Positions 26,754 through 36,280 of a stretch of DNA of 64,000 nt are shown one piece after another. The stretch's first letter is position 1. Each line of letters begins with the position of its first letter. The notes under the pieces were generated by a model. That model was not told the origin of the DNA. It saw only the letters and a program-made list of their open reading frames with translations, and did no database searches. The translations under genes were made by a program, and so were the position numbers. Source of the DNA: Myxococcota bacterium (GTDB lineage Bacteria > Myxococcota_A > UBA9042 > PHBI01 > JAWLBL01); assembly GCA_041687695.1 (NCBI GenBank), contig JAWLBL010000007.1:128001-192000 (forward strand), written 5' to 3'.

Positions 26754-28790
26754 ATGCGCGCTGGGTGGGTGCTTGCGTTCGGGACGATGCTGCTCGTGGG
26801 GTGCGACGACGCCGGAGGCGCCGATCCCGGCGCGGACGCCGACGCCAGCGGGCTGGAGCTGCCGCCCGGCCTCGACGCCGCCGACGAGACGGACGAAGGC
26901 GGCGGGCCCGGGGATCCTCCCGGCCTGGGCATCGACTATGCGGCGCTGCCGGCCGGTGACGCCCCGCGCTTCGAGCCCGGCGGCGAGGGCTGGACGGCGG
27001 TCCCCTGGCCCAACGACCGCCACCGAGGCGCCGACGGCTCGGTCGACCTGACCGTCTTCCCCAACCCCGAGGCGCTCGATCTGCTCGACCAGTACATCGC
27101 CTACGGCCTCGAGGTGATGCGCGGCTACGGGCTCAACGGCTCGGTGTACTTCGAGCTGGGCGGCCCCGTCGACCCCGAGACGCTGCCCGCGCCCCAGGTC
27201 ACCCTGCAGGATCCCAAGGCGCCCGTGCAGCTGGTCAACGTCACGCCGGGCCACCCGCGCCGCGGCGAGCGCATGCCCCTGCTGTTCCGCTTCCACGCGG
27301 GCGACGCGGACCCCTACTACCGCCCCAACACCCTGGCGATGCGCCCCGTCTTCGGCTTCCCGCTGGCCGAGGGCGCGACCTACTGCGCCATCGTCACCCG
27401 CGGCGTCAAGGACGCGCAGGGCCGCCACCTCTCGCCGGCCGCCGGCTTCCCCGCCGCCATCGACACCGAGGCCGCGCTGGCGCCCCTCGCCGACTGGCTG
27501 GCGGACGGCAGCCGGCTCACGGCCGAGGACGTCGCCGTCGCGACCTGCTTCACGACCGACCGGCCGACCGACGAGCTGCGCCGCGTCCGCGCCTTCCTCG
27601 ACACCCAGCCGCTGCCCCACGTCACCGACGTCGTCTACAAGGGCAAGGCCAACACCTTCCACGAGTTCCACGGCCACTACGTCGCGCCCAACTTCCAGTT
27701 CGGGGTCAAGCCCTACGCCGAGCAGGGCGGGGATCTGCGCTTCGACGCCGCGGGCGACCCCATCGTCGCCGAGCAGGAGCCCATCCGCTTCCTGCTGATG
27801 ATCCCCAGCGCCTACAAGATGCCCGAGACCGGCTGGCCGACCCTGCTGTACGCCCACGGCACCGGCGGGGACTTCGAGAGCTGCCGCGGCGACGTGGACT
27901 CGCTGACGGTCGAAGCCTTCGCGGTCATCTGCATCGACCAGCCGCTGCACGGCGAGCGCTTCTGGAAGGACGGCCTGCCCACGGCCGCCGACGAGAACGA
28001 GATCGTCCTTTACAGCTTCAACTTCCTCAACCCGCGCTCGGGCCGCACCGGGTTCCGCCAGGCCGCCATCGACACCATGAGCCTGTCGCGCATGATCGCC
28101 GGCGGCGCGCTCGATCTGGCGGCCGCCGAGACCGGCAAGTACGCCAAGGACGTCGTCTTCGATGCCGACAACGTCCACTTCTTCGGCCACTCGCACGGCG
28201 GCCTGAGCGGCGCCATCGCCCTCGGCGTCGAGCCGCGCCTGCGCTCCGCCGTGCTCTCGGGCGCCGCCGGCGTCCTCATCGAGACCATCCTGCGCCGCAA
28301 GGACCCGGTCGACATCGCCGTCCTCGCGCAAGCCCTGCTCGCGGTGCCCGAAGAGAGCTTCGACAGCTTCCACCCGGTCCTGACCCTCATCCAGACGCTG
28401 GTGGACGCCACCGATCCCATCAACTACGCGCCCTATTGGCTCGATCCGGCCACCGGCGGCACCCCCAAGCACGTCTTCGTCACCGAAGGCACCGAGGACC
28501 ACGCCAGCCCGGCCGTCGGCACCGAGGCCATGGCCGCCGCGGCCCGCATCCCGCTGGTCGAGCCCGTCGCGAGCCCGAGCATCGCCCACCTGTTGCGTGG
28601 CCTGGCCGAGTACGACCTCCCGGTCAGCCTGAACGCGACCAACGGGACCGGCGCCCGGCTCACGGCGGGCCTGAGGCAGTTCCCGGGCGGCGACCACTGG
28701 ATCGGTCTGACCGACCCCACGGCGCGCAAGCTGTGGACCAGCTTCTTCCGCGCCATCCGGATGGGGCAGGCGCCCGTCATCGGAGAGTAG
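26754..28790 (+). CDS. Lipoprotein alpha/beta-hydrolase (extracellular lipase-like)
   Basis: AGGAGG RBS; lipobox LVGC; PWPND, YAHGTGG, IDQPLHGER, nucleophile elbow GHSHGG, candidate His in GGDH. Confidence 0.8.
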   Translation: MRAGWVLAFGTMLLVGCDDAGGADPGADADASGLELPPGLDAADETDEGGGPGDPPGLGIDYAALPAGDAPRFEPGGEGWTAVPWPNDRHRGADGSVDLTVFPNPEALDLLDQYIAYGLEVMRGYGLNGSVYFELGGPVDPETLPAPQVTLQDPKAPVQLVNVTPGHPRRGERMPLLFRFHAGDADPYYRPNTLAMRPVFGFPLAEGATYCAIVTRGVKDAQGRHLSPAAGFPAAIDTEAALAPLADWLADGSRLTAEDVAVATCFTTDRPTDELRRVRAFLDTQPLPHVTDVVYKGKANTFHEFHGHYVAPNFQFGVKPYAEQGGDLRFDAAGDPIVAEQEPIRFLLMIPSAYKMPETGWPTLLYAHGTGGDFESCRGDVDSLTVEAFAVICIDQPLHGERFWKDGLPTAADENEIVLYSFNFLNPRSGRTGFRQAAIDTMSLSRMIAGGALDLAAAETGKYAKDVVFDADNVHFFGHSHGGLSGAIALGVEPRLRSAVLSGAAGVLIETILRRKDPVDIAVLAQALLAVPEESFDSFHPVLTLIQTLVDATDPINYAPYWLDPATGGTPKHVFVTEGTEDHASPAVGTEAMAAAARIPLVEPVASPSIAHLLRGLAEYDLPVSLNATNGTGARLTAGLRQFPGGDHWIGLTDPTARKLWTSFFRAIRMGQAPVIGE

Positions 28791-28833
28791 GCGCCGCCAC
28801 GGCGCGGGGGCGAGTCGCCGGCCGGAGCCGGCG

Positions 28834-31152
28834 TCAGGCGGCCGGCTCGGAGCCCAGTCGGACGGAGGCGCCGCGACCGACGCGCGGCAAGCGCACCGTG
28901 AAGGTCGCGCCCTGGCCCGGCTCGCTCTGCACCGAGATGTCGCCGCCCATGGCCTGGACGAGCCGGTGGGTGATCCACAGCCCGAGCCCGAGGCCGGCCG
29001 CGGTGTGCGAGGGGCCGACGCGCTCGAAGCGGCCGAAGATGCGCGCCTGGTCGTCGGGGGCGATGCCGACGCCGCGGTCCTGCACGCGGATGACGGCCAG
29101 CCCGGGCTCGGCCTCGCCGCCCACGGCGATGGTGATCGGCGTGCCGCCGCCGTACTTGAAGGCGTTCGAGACCAGGTTGGCCAGGACCTGCTCGAGCCGC
29201 GCCCGATCCCACACCCCCTCGACCGGCTCTGGCGCCTCGAGGGTCACGGTCGAGCCCGTGCGTTCGGCCTCGCCCTGGAAGTCGGCGACGATCTGCTGGA
29301 CGAACGCGACCAGCTCGACCGGCTCGGCCCGCAGCTCTAGCCGATCGGCGGCGATGCGCGAGGCGTCGAGCAGATCTTCGGTCAGGCGACCCAGGCGGTG
29401 GACCTGCCGCGCCATCCGGTCGAGGGCGGCCGCGAGCGCCTCGGGGCCCAGGGGCGGCGCGCCGCGGGCGATGTTGCGCTGCAGCGATTGGACCTGGAGC
29501 TGCAAGGGCACCAGCGGCGTTCTGAGCTCGTGCGACGCGACGGACACGAAGTTGTCGCGCAAGGCGATCGCCTGCTGGGCCTCCTCGTACAGGCGCGCGT
29601 TGTCCAGCGCGACCGCCGCGGTGGCGGCCACCGAGGCGACGAGGCGCTCGTGGCGGGACGTCAGGCCGTTCGGGTCCGGGTGCAGGAAGACCAGCGCGCC
29701 CAGCGGGGCGCCAGCGCGGCCGCGCACCGGGACGGCCAGGCCGCTGCCGGCGGGGACGGCGGCGGGCTCGTGGCGGCCGGGCTCGGCGACCTCCGGCGTC
29801 GCGGACGCGGCCAGGACGGGGCGCTCGCCGATGAGCGCGGGCGCGAGGACCCGCGCCCAGGCGGTCAGCGCGGCGGGGCCATCGGGGAGGTCGCCCGAGC
29901 CGACGCGGACCGCGAGGCCCTGCTCGCCCGAAAGCGGCGCCGGCTCGACGAAGGCGCCGTAGTGGGCGCCGGTCAGGTGGGTGGCCTCCTCGGTGAGGCG
30001 TTCGAGCAGGCGGGGCAGCTCGAGCTCGGCGGTGAGCGCCATCGCGATCTGGTGCAGGCGTGAGACGACCGCCCGCTCCTCCGCGAGGTGGCGGTTGACC
30101 TCGTTCAGGGCGCGCTCGCGGCGGTCGCGCTCGGCGGCCGCGCCCTCGAGGGCCTCGGCCACGCCGGCCACCTCGGCGACCGCGCGTGAGACCGGGGGGA
30201 TCGGCTGCCGGCGGCCGAGCGCGGTGGCCGCGCCCGAGAGCGCGCCGATGGGCCCCGCGATGCGTCGGGCCAGCACCAGCGCGAGGCCGAGCCCGAGCGC
30301 GAGCAGGCCCAGGCCGCCGAGCAGCGCGAGCCCGAGCGTGCCGCGGATCGGCTTGGCCAGCGCATCCATCGGCAGGCCGACGACCACCGTCCACGAGGCG
30401 TTACGCGTCCGCGCGAAGGCACCGAACGCGGGCTCGCCCTCCTGGGTGACGTCCTCGAACACGTCCTCCGTCGCGCGCTGCGTCCGCGCGAGCAGCCGTG
30501 GCGTTGCCTTGCGGCCGACGTACAGGTCGGGGCTGCGCGAGCGGGCGATGATGGTGCCGTCGGCGTCGAGGACGGCGGCGGTCCAGCGGGCGGGGAGCGC
30601 ATGGTCGTGCAGGACGCGGCTGAGCTCATCGAGATCGAGTGAGGCCGTGAGCACGAGCTGGACCGCGCCGCCGCGCACGACGGGCACCCCCACCGAGACC
30701 ACGTTCAGGCCCGAGCCGAGCGCTCGACGGTAGCTGGACAGGGCGGGGCGCTTGGTCTCGACGACCTGCCGGAAGTAGGGCTCGTCGGCGAGCGAGTAGG
30801 ACGGGCTCCCCGGCGGCGTCAGGGTGTTGACCATCACCTGGCCGTCGGCGCGGGCGACCGTGATGGCGGCCCAGGCGGGCTGCGACCGGATGATCCGTGT
30901 CGCGCGCTCGTGCAGCTCCTCGGGCGTGTAACTGGCGAAGTTGCCCGTGACGGCGATGACCTCGAGCCCGCTGACGACCGAGGCGACCTGGGTGCCCACG
31001 GCCGCGGCCAGGGCGCGCGAGGCCTCGCGGATGGCGGCGTCGATGTCCTGGCGCATCTCGAGGGACAGGAGCCGGACGACGACGCCCGAGTACACGATGA
31101 GCGGCACCATGGCGACGAGCACCAGCAGCGCGAGGTGCGTGCGGAGCCTCAT
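28834..31152 (-). CDS. Membrane sensor histidine kinase (Cache-HAMP-GAF-HisKA-HATPase)
   Basis: Two TM segments flanking a periplasmic domain; SHELRTPL, NLVSNAFKY, DRGVG, GLGLGL. Confidence 0.9.
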   Translation of the reverse strand: MRLRTHLALLVLVAMVPLIVYSGVVVRLLSLEMRQDIDAAIREASRALAAAVGTQVASVVSGLEVIAVTGNFASYTPEELHERATRIIRSQPAWAAITVARADGQVMVNTLTPPGSPSYSLADEPYFRQVVETKRPALSSYRRALGSGLNVVSVGVPVVRGGAVQLVLTASLDLDELSRVLHDHALPARWTAAVLDADGTIIARSRSPDLYVGRKATPRLLARTQRATEDVFEDVTQEGEPAFGAFARTRNASWTVVVGLPMDALAKPIRGTLGLALLGGLGLLALGLGLALVLARRIAGPIGALSGAATALGRRQPIPPVSRAVAEVAGVAEALEGAAAERDRRERALNEVNRHLAEERAVVSRLHQIAMALTAELELPRLLERLTEEATHLTGAHYGAFVEPAPLSGEQGLAVRVGSGDLPDGPAALTAWARVLAPALIGERPVLAASATPEVAEPGRHEPAAVPAGSGLAVPVRGRAGAPLGALVFLHPDPNGLTSRHERLVASVAATAAVALDNARLYEEAQQAIALRDNFVSVASHELRTPLVPLQLQVQSLQRNIARGAPPLGPEALAAALDRMARQVHRLGRLTEDLLDASRIAADRLELRAEPVELVAFVQQIVADFQGEAERTGSTVTLEAPEPVEGVWDRARLEQVLANLVSNAFKYGGGTPITIAVGGEAEPGLAVIRVQDRGVGIAPDDQARIFGRFERVGPSHTAAGLGLGLWITHRLVQAMGGDISVQSEPGQGATFTVRLPRVGRGASVRLGSEPAA

Positions 31153-31430
31153 ACGCGGCGTCGTCGCCCGGTCGGGGCGCCGCGCGGGCCGCGGCCGAGG
31201 CGCACGTGGGCCTGGCCGGTCCCGGGGAGGGGCGAGTCTGCGCGGGGGCGCCCCCCACGACGCCGCGTTGGATGCATGGCGGGAGGATAGGGAAGCCGGA
31301 GGTCCTTGTCATCGGTTCGACCCTGGTGGCCATGACCCCCTCCGGAGACAGGCCTCGAGCAGGCCCTCGGCCCTGGCCGAAGCCCAGGCCACCGCCGTCG
31401 TCTCGGTTCCGGCCCTGGCCTCGGACGGGT

Positions 31431-32276
31431 TCACCGCGGCGGCGGCCCAGGCGTTCGGAGCGGCGGGGCTCTACGCACCATGACGCGCCAGGCGGGCGGC
31501 GGCGGCGGCGGCGCGAGCAGGACCGGCACCGGGGCCGGGGCGGCCGGACACAGGGCGAGGGCCTCGGACCGCTGCCGCGCCGTGGCCCACCGACAGCGCT
31601 GCTCGGGGGTCGCCTCGACCCGCGCCGTGCTCTCGTCCCCGTAGGCCAGGTCCACCGGGCCGGCCCAGGTCACCAGCGAGCCTATGAGCCACTCGGCGTC
31701 CTCGGGCGCGAGGCGACCGTCCGGCCCGACCGGCAGGCGCCGGCCGCGGTGCACCATCGCGACCTCGGCCGGGCACTGCCCGGAGCGTTCGACCCAGGCG
31801 TCGCGCTCGAGCTCGCGGACGTGGTGGTAGTCGTCCAGCAGGAAGGCGAGGGCGACGGTGGCGACGCCGTCGGCGAGCGCGAAGGCGCCGAGGGCCCACA
31901 GCGCCCCGGCGTCCACCTCGGCCTCACTGGCGCCCAGCGCCATGGCCCCGCCGAGCGCCAGCTCGCCGAAGCCGATGAAGCCGATGGCCAGGCGCCCGCC
32001 CGTGTCCACGCCGGCGGTGTGCGCGGTCACCGACTCGGGCGGGTGGTGGACCTGGACGTCGCACCGCACCAGGGGCGGGTCGTCGAGCACGCCCTCGAGC
32101 CCGACCTCGACCGTCGGGGCGCCGTGGGGCCGGCGCTCCTCCCAGGACGAGGTCGACACGCCGCCCGCGCCGGAGAGGTGGAGCAGGCCCTGGGTGGTCG
32201 CGCAGCCGGCGGCGAGCGCGGTCAGGGCGACGGTCAGGCTGGCTCCGAGGAGCGGAGCGGAGCGGGGGCGCGGCAC
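31431..32276 (-). CDS. Hypothetical lipoprotein with two internal hydrophobic segments
   Basis: AGGAGG before the GTG; lipobox AAGC. Confidence 0.6.
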   Translation of the reverse strand: MPRPRSAPLLGASLTVALTALAAGCATTQGLLHLSGAGGVSTSSWEERRPHGAPTVEVGLEGVLDDPPLVRCDVQVHHPPESVTAHTAGVDTGGRLAIGFIGFGELALGGAMALGASEAEVDAGALWALGAFALADGVATVALAFLLDDYHHVRELERDAWVERSGQCPAEVAMVHRGRRLPVGPDGRLAPEDAEWLIGSLVTWAGPVDLAYGDESTARVEATPEQRCRWATARQRSEALALCPAAPAPVPVLLAPPPPPPAWRVMVRRAPPLRTPGPPPR

Positions 32277-32368
32277 GAGGGCCTCCTGGGCAGGTCCGGG
32301 AGGCGCGTCGACGCGGCGAGCGGGCGTCGCATTCAACGTCGATGGGTCACGGCGGCACGTCGGGTCGC

Positions 32369-33046
32369 TCAGTTCAGCGGCAACCCCGCGACACGGCTGA
32401 GGAAGTTCGCCAGCAGGCGCCGCCCGGCGGGGTCGGGGACGGCGCAGTCGCGCTCGGGGTGGCACTGCAGGCCATACAGCGGACGGTTGTCCGCGCGGAT
32501 GATCTGGATGTGGCAGGGGTCGCCCAGCGCGAGCAGCCGGAAGCCGCGTGGGAGCGTCTTGACCTCGTCCACGTGCGAGGCGACCAGGGTGATCTCGTCG
32601 GGGAGGTCGGCGGTGAAGGGGTCCGGGTCGCCCAGCAGCCGGACGCGGACGTCCGCCTTGACCTTGGGCATGCCGGCGTAGCTGGTCGTGGCGGCCGGGA
32701 CGCGGTGGACCGGGGCGACCGGCGCGCCGTGGGCGAGCGCCAGGGCCTGGTGGCCGCCGCAGATGCCCAGGGTGGGCCCGCGACGTCGGCGCACCCACCC
32801 GAGGAAGGCGTCGAACGCGGCGGGGTAGGCCGGGAAGGGCGTCTCGTTGGGGCCGAGGATGACCGCGTCGGGGCGTAGGCGCCGCACCACGTCGGGGGCC
32901 TCGGGCCAGGGGTGGATGGGCGCGTCGAGCCCCGGGACGAGCTCGCGGGTGACCCGCTGGATGTCGTGGCAGCCGTCGAGCATCCGCGGGTCGAGGTTGA
33001 TGTTGACGATGACGACGCGGGGGGCGCGGCGCGGTCGGTCGCTCAC
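32369..33046 (-). CDS. Stand-alone class I glutamine amidotransferase
   Basis: LGICGGHQ (catalytic Cys), ASHVDEV, GLQCHPE (His-Glu); AGGAGG RBS. Confidence 0.88.
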   Translation of the reverse strand: MSDRPRRAPRVVIVNINLDPRMLDGCHDIQRVTRELVPGLDAPIHPWPEAPDVVRRLRPDAVILGPNETPFPAYPAAFDAFLGWVRRRRGPTLGICGGHQALALAHGAPVAPVHRVPAATTSYAGMPKVKADVRVRLLGDPDPFTADLPDEITLVASHVDEVKTLPRGFRLLALGDPCHIQIIRADNRPLYGLQCHPERDCAVPDPAGRRLLANFLSRVAGLPLN

Positions 33047-33200
33047 GGGTGTCCTCCTCGTGGGGGCCAGGAACACGCCAGCGCGGGTGGTGAGTCCCGG
33101 GCCCGAGGCCTGGCGAGCGTGGGCCGCGGGCGGGCGCGGTGTCAAACCGCTGAAGCGGGAGCGGGCCGAGACGGTGGCGTGTGCCCCCGTGCGGCTCCGA

Positions 33201-33228
33201 GTGTCACCATTTGTGACGTGTTGTCACG
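33201..33228. promoter_or_regulatory. Candidate enhancer/activator binding site (overlapping GTCAC/GTGAC inverted repeats)
   Basis: GTGTCACCATTTGTGACGTGTTGTCACG in an AT-enriched patch about 100 bp upstream of a sigma54-like promoter. Confidence 0.45.
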
Positions 33229-33324
33229 AGGTGGTGCGCTCGGACGGCCCGCGCGTGCGTCGCAGGGTGGGGCGGGTCGGCGGGAGGCGTCGCAAGTCCG
33301 CGGAACCCGAGGCGCTCTGGGCGT

Positions 33325-33340
33325 TGGCATGGGGCGTGCT
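33325..33340 (+). promoter_or_regulatory. Sigma54-type promoter (-24/-12)
   Basis: TGGCATGGGGCGTGCT has exact GG-N10-GC spacing, 80 bp upstream of the CDS. Confidence 0.6.
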
Positions 33341-33419
33341 TTGGGGCGTGGCAGGGATGGGGCGGGCGGGTCCGGGCCGAGGCGGCGCGGACGGCGGCGG
33401 CCGGCAGCGGAGGACAGCG

Positions 33420-35324
33420 ATGAAGACCAGAGGCGACGGGATCATGACGCGAGGGGCTGGGTGGGCCGCGCTGTTGCTGGCGCTGGGGGCTTCGGCCCCG
33501 AGCCTCGCGACGGAGCAGGTGCCGGTGTGCGGCGACGGCTTCAAGGCCAGCGGCGAGGGCTGCGACGACGGCAACACGCAGGACGGCGACGGCTGCGGGG
33601 CCGACTGCGAGGTCGAGGCCGGCTGGGCGTGCGCGACCTTCGACGAACAGCCCAGCACCTGCGAGGACTGCGCGACGTCCGCGGACGGACACTGCGACGG
33701 CTGCGACGGCCCGTGCCCCAGCCCGCTCGGCGAGCAACAGTACGCCATCGCCTACGACCCGGCGGTCTGCGGCGGCGGCGGGCCGCTGTGCCCGGACGGC
33801 GAGGCCTGCGCGGCGGCCGACGACTGCATGAGCGGCGTCTGCTGGAACGGCTGGTGCGCCATCCCGAGCTGCTCGGACGGCGTGCCGAACGGGGACGAGA
33901 CGGACCTCGACTGCGGCGGGTCCTGCGCGCCGTGCGAGGCGGGGTTCGGGTGCCTCGGGGCGGACGACTGCGCCAGCGGGGTGTGCGAGGACGGGCTGTG
34001 CGGGGCGGGCGCCTGCGACGACGGCGTCGAAAACGGCGACGAGACGGACGTCGACTGCGGCGGGTCGTGCGCGCCTTGTGGGGTCGGGCAGGGGTGCCAG
34101 GTCGGGGCGGACTGCGACAGCCTGGTGTGCCTGAACGGCGCGTGCCAGCCGGCGAGCTGCGTCGACGGGGTGATGAACGGCGCCGAGACGGACACCGACT
34201 GCGGCAACGGCTGCGGGCCGTGCGCGGCGGGGCAGGCCTGCGGGGGGGCGGCGGACTGCGGCAGCGAGGTCTGCGCGGGCGGCGTGTGTCAGGCGGCGGG
34301 CTGCGGCGACGGCGTGCAGAACGGGGCCGAGACGGGCCTCGACTGCGGCGGCGGGTGCGCGCCCTGCGCGGACGGGGCGGCGTGCGGGGAGGCGAGCGAC
34401 TGCCAGAGCGGCGTGTGCGTGGGCGCGCGGTGCCAGGCGGCGAGCTGCGGCGACGGGGTCGCCAACGGCGACGAGGCGGCGGTCGACTGCGGCGGAGCCT
34501 GCGCGCCTTGCGCGACCGGGCAGACGTGCGCGGCGGACGCCGACTGCGACAGCGGCGTGTGCCAGGGCGGCGGGTGCGTCCCGGCGAGCTGCGAGGACGG
34601 GGTGCTCAACGGCGGCGAGAGCGACGTGGACTGCGGCGGCGCCTGCGGGCCGTGCGGCGACGGGGCCGGCTGCGTGTTCGCGGCGGACTGCGGCAGCGGC
34701 GTGTGCGTGGCGGGCAGCTGCGCGGCGCCCAGCTGCGGGGACGGGGTCGTCAACGGCGGTGAGGCTTGCGACGACGGCACGAGCTCGCTCGAGGCCGGCC
34801 CCGAGGGCGGCGACGGGTGCAGCGCGAGCTGTGAGGTGGAGGCCGGCTGGACCTGCGCGAGCGACGGGGCCCTGGGGAGCAGCGTGTGCGTGGCCGAGTG
34901 CGGCGACGGTGTGCGCGTCGAGGGCGTCGAGGAGTGTGACGACGGCAACGGCGCGGCCGGGGACGGGTGCGCGGACGACTGCGTGGTCGAGACGGGCTGG
35001 AGCTGCGCGCCCGGCGCGGAGGGCGTGGACGTCTGCGAGCCCGCGGCGGCCGGTGCGGAGGGCGGCGACCGCGCGGCGATGAAGCGGCGGAGCGAGCGCT
35101 TCCGGGGCGGCGAGTTCGCCGACGACCCGCGGCGCGACGGCCGGCCGGCGGCGACCCCGCCGAGCGCGACGGCGGGTGTGGTGGCCCCCCACGTCCCCGT
35201 GGCGGGCGAGCTGGGTCAGGCGGCGGCGACGGGCTGCGCGGGCGGCGGCCAGGGACAGCACGGCGCGTGGGTGGTGGTCCTGCTGGTCGCCGGGTGGCTG
35301 CGGAGGCGGCTGACGGCGGCGTGA
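33420..35324 (+). CDS. Cys-rich surface protein with myxobacterial Cys-rich repeats and MYXO-CTERM (alternative start 33444)
   Basis: Signal peptide; three CGDG..E.CDDG..GDGC repeats; six 48-aa repeats; C-terminal GCAGG-TM-RRR. Confidence 0.88.
   Translation: MKTRGDGIMTRGAGWAALLLALGASAPSLATEQVPVCGDGFKASGEGCDDGNTQDGDGCGADCEVEAGWACATFDEQPSTCEDCATSADGHCDGCDGPCPSPLGEQQYAIAYDPAVCGGGGPLCPDGEACAAADDCMSGVCWNGWCAIPSCSDGVPNGDETDLDCGGSCAPCEAGFGCLGADDCASGVCEDGLCGAGACDDGVENGDETDVDCGGSCAPCGVGQGCQVGADCDSLVCLNGACQPASCVDGVMNGAETDTDCGNGCGPCAAGQACGGAADCGSEVCAGGVCQAAGCGDGVQNGAETGLDCGGGCAPCADGAACGEASDCQSGVCVGARCQAASCGDGVANGDEAAVDCGGACAPCATGQTCAADADCDSGVCQGGGCVPASCEDGVLNGGESDVDCGGACGPCGDGAGCVFAADCGSGVCVAGSCAAPSCGDGVVNGGEACDDGTSSLEAGPEGGDGCSASCEVEAGWTCASDGALGSSVCVAECGDGVRVEGVEECDDGNGAAGDGCADDCVVETGWSCAPGAEGVDVCEPAAAGAEGGDRAAMKRRSERFRGGEFADDPRRDGRPAATPPSATAGVVAPHVPVAGELGQAAATGCAGGGQGQHGAWVVVLLVAGWLRRRLTAA
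33870..34733 (+). repeat. Six tandem 144-bp (48-aa, 8-Cys) intragenic repeats
   Basis: CxDGxxNGxExxxDCGxxCxPC units start at 33870, 34014, 34158, 34302, 34446, 34590. Confidence 0.9.
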
Positions 35325-35344
35325 GACGCGCGCCCGGGGGCGGT

Positions 35345-35386
35345 CGACGGGGCCGGGTCCGACGAGGGTCGGGTCCGGCCTCGTCG
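35345..35386. terminator. Hairpin between convergent genes
   Basis: GACGGGGCCGGGTCCGAC-loop-GTCGGGTCCGGCCTCGTC stem with G:U pairs. Confidence 0.5.
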
Positions 35387-35402
35387 TGTACGGGGCGTGG
35401 GG

Positions 35403-36275
35403 TCAGGCGGCCAGGAAGTCGGCGAGGAGCGTGGCGACGCGCTCGGGCTGCTCGTGGTGCAGGTTGTGGGCGGCGCCGGGGACGGTGATGACGCGGGCGT
35501 CCGGCAGCTGGGCGGCGCGGGCGTCGGCGTCGGCCGGCTTGAGGGGCGTCAGCTCGCCCCAGACCACCAGCGCGGGGCACTGGACGCGCCGCAGGAAGTG
35601 CGCGAAGCGGTCGGGGTCGAAGGGCATGGGCGCCGTCGTGCGGTGCAGCGGGTCGAACTTCCAGCGGAACAGGCCGTCGGCGCCAGGGGCCGAGGCGTGG
35701 GGGGCCAGCTCGAGGGCGAGCGCGTCGTCCATGTGCGGCGAGAGCTTCTTGAGGCGGCGGGCGACCCCCGGCAGGTCGGCGACGCCCGGCGGGGCGTGGC
35801 GGTCGCGGCGGACGACCTCTTCGACCCAGCGGCGGACGCGGTCGGGGGCGCCTTCGGCCGGGGAGGCGGTGGGGCCCAGGCCCTCGAGCAGGACCAGGCG
35901 CGAGACGCGCTCGGGGAAGGCGCCGGCGAAGTAGCTGGCGATGGAGCCGCCCATCGAGTGGCCGACCAGGGCGGCGCGGTCGAGGCCGGCGGCGCGCCAC
36001 AGGGCGTCGAGGTCGAGGACGTAGTCCGGGAAGTGGTAGTAGCCGCCCGGGCCGACGTGGCCGCTGTCGCCGTGGCCGCGGTGGTCGGGGACGATGACGC
36101 GGTGGCGGTGGGCCAGCCGGCGCGCGATGGGGGCGAACGACATGCCCTGGTCGAGGAAGCCGTGGAGCAGGACGACCGGGGGGCCGTCGGGCGGGCCCCA
36201 CTCGCGGGCGACGAGGGGGAGGTCGAGGGTGCGGTAGGCGAGCCGGCGCGGGGTGAGCGGGTCCGAGGTGGGCAT
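35403..36275 (-). CDS. Alpha/beta fold hydrolase
   Basis: LHGFLD, DHRGHGDS, GHSMGG, AAHNLH. Confidence 0.9.
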   Translation of the reverse strand: MPTSDPLTPRRLAYRTLDLPLVAREWGPPDGPPVVLLHGFLDQGMSFAPIARRLAHRHRVIVPDHRGHGDSGHVGPGGYYHFPDYVLDLDALWRAAGLDRAALVGHSMGGSIASYFAGAFPERVSRLVLLEGLGPTASPAEGAPDRVRRWVEEVVRRDRHAPPGVADLPGVARRLKKLSPHMDDALALELAPHASAPGADGLFRWKFDPLHRTTAPMPFDPDRFAHFLRRVQCPALVVWGELTPLKPADADARAAQLPDARVITVPGAAHNLHHEQPERVATLLADFLAA

Positions 36276-36280
36276 GGGCC

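Noticed and set aside
33870..34733. Regular repeats as a CRISPR array or DGR template
   Set aside because: They are in-frame, degenerate 144-bp coding repeats with no spacers, and no cas or reverse transcriptase gene is present.
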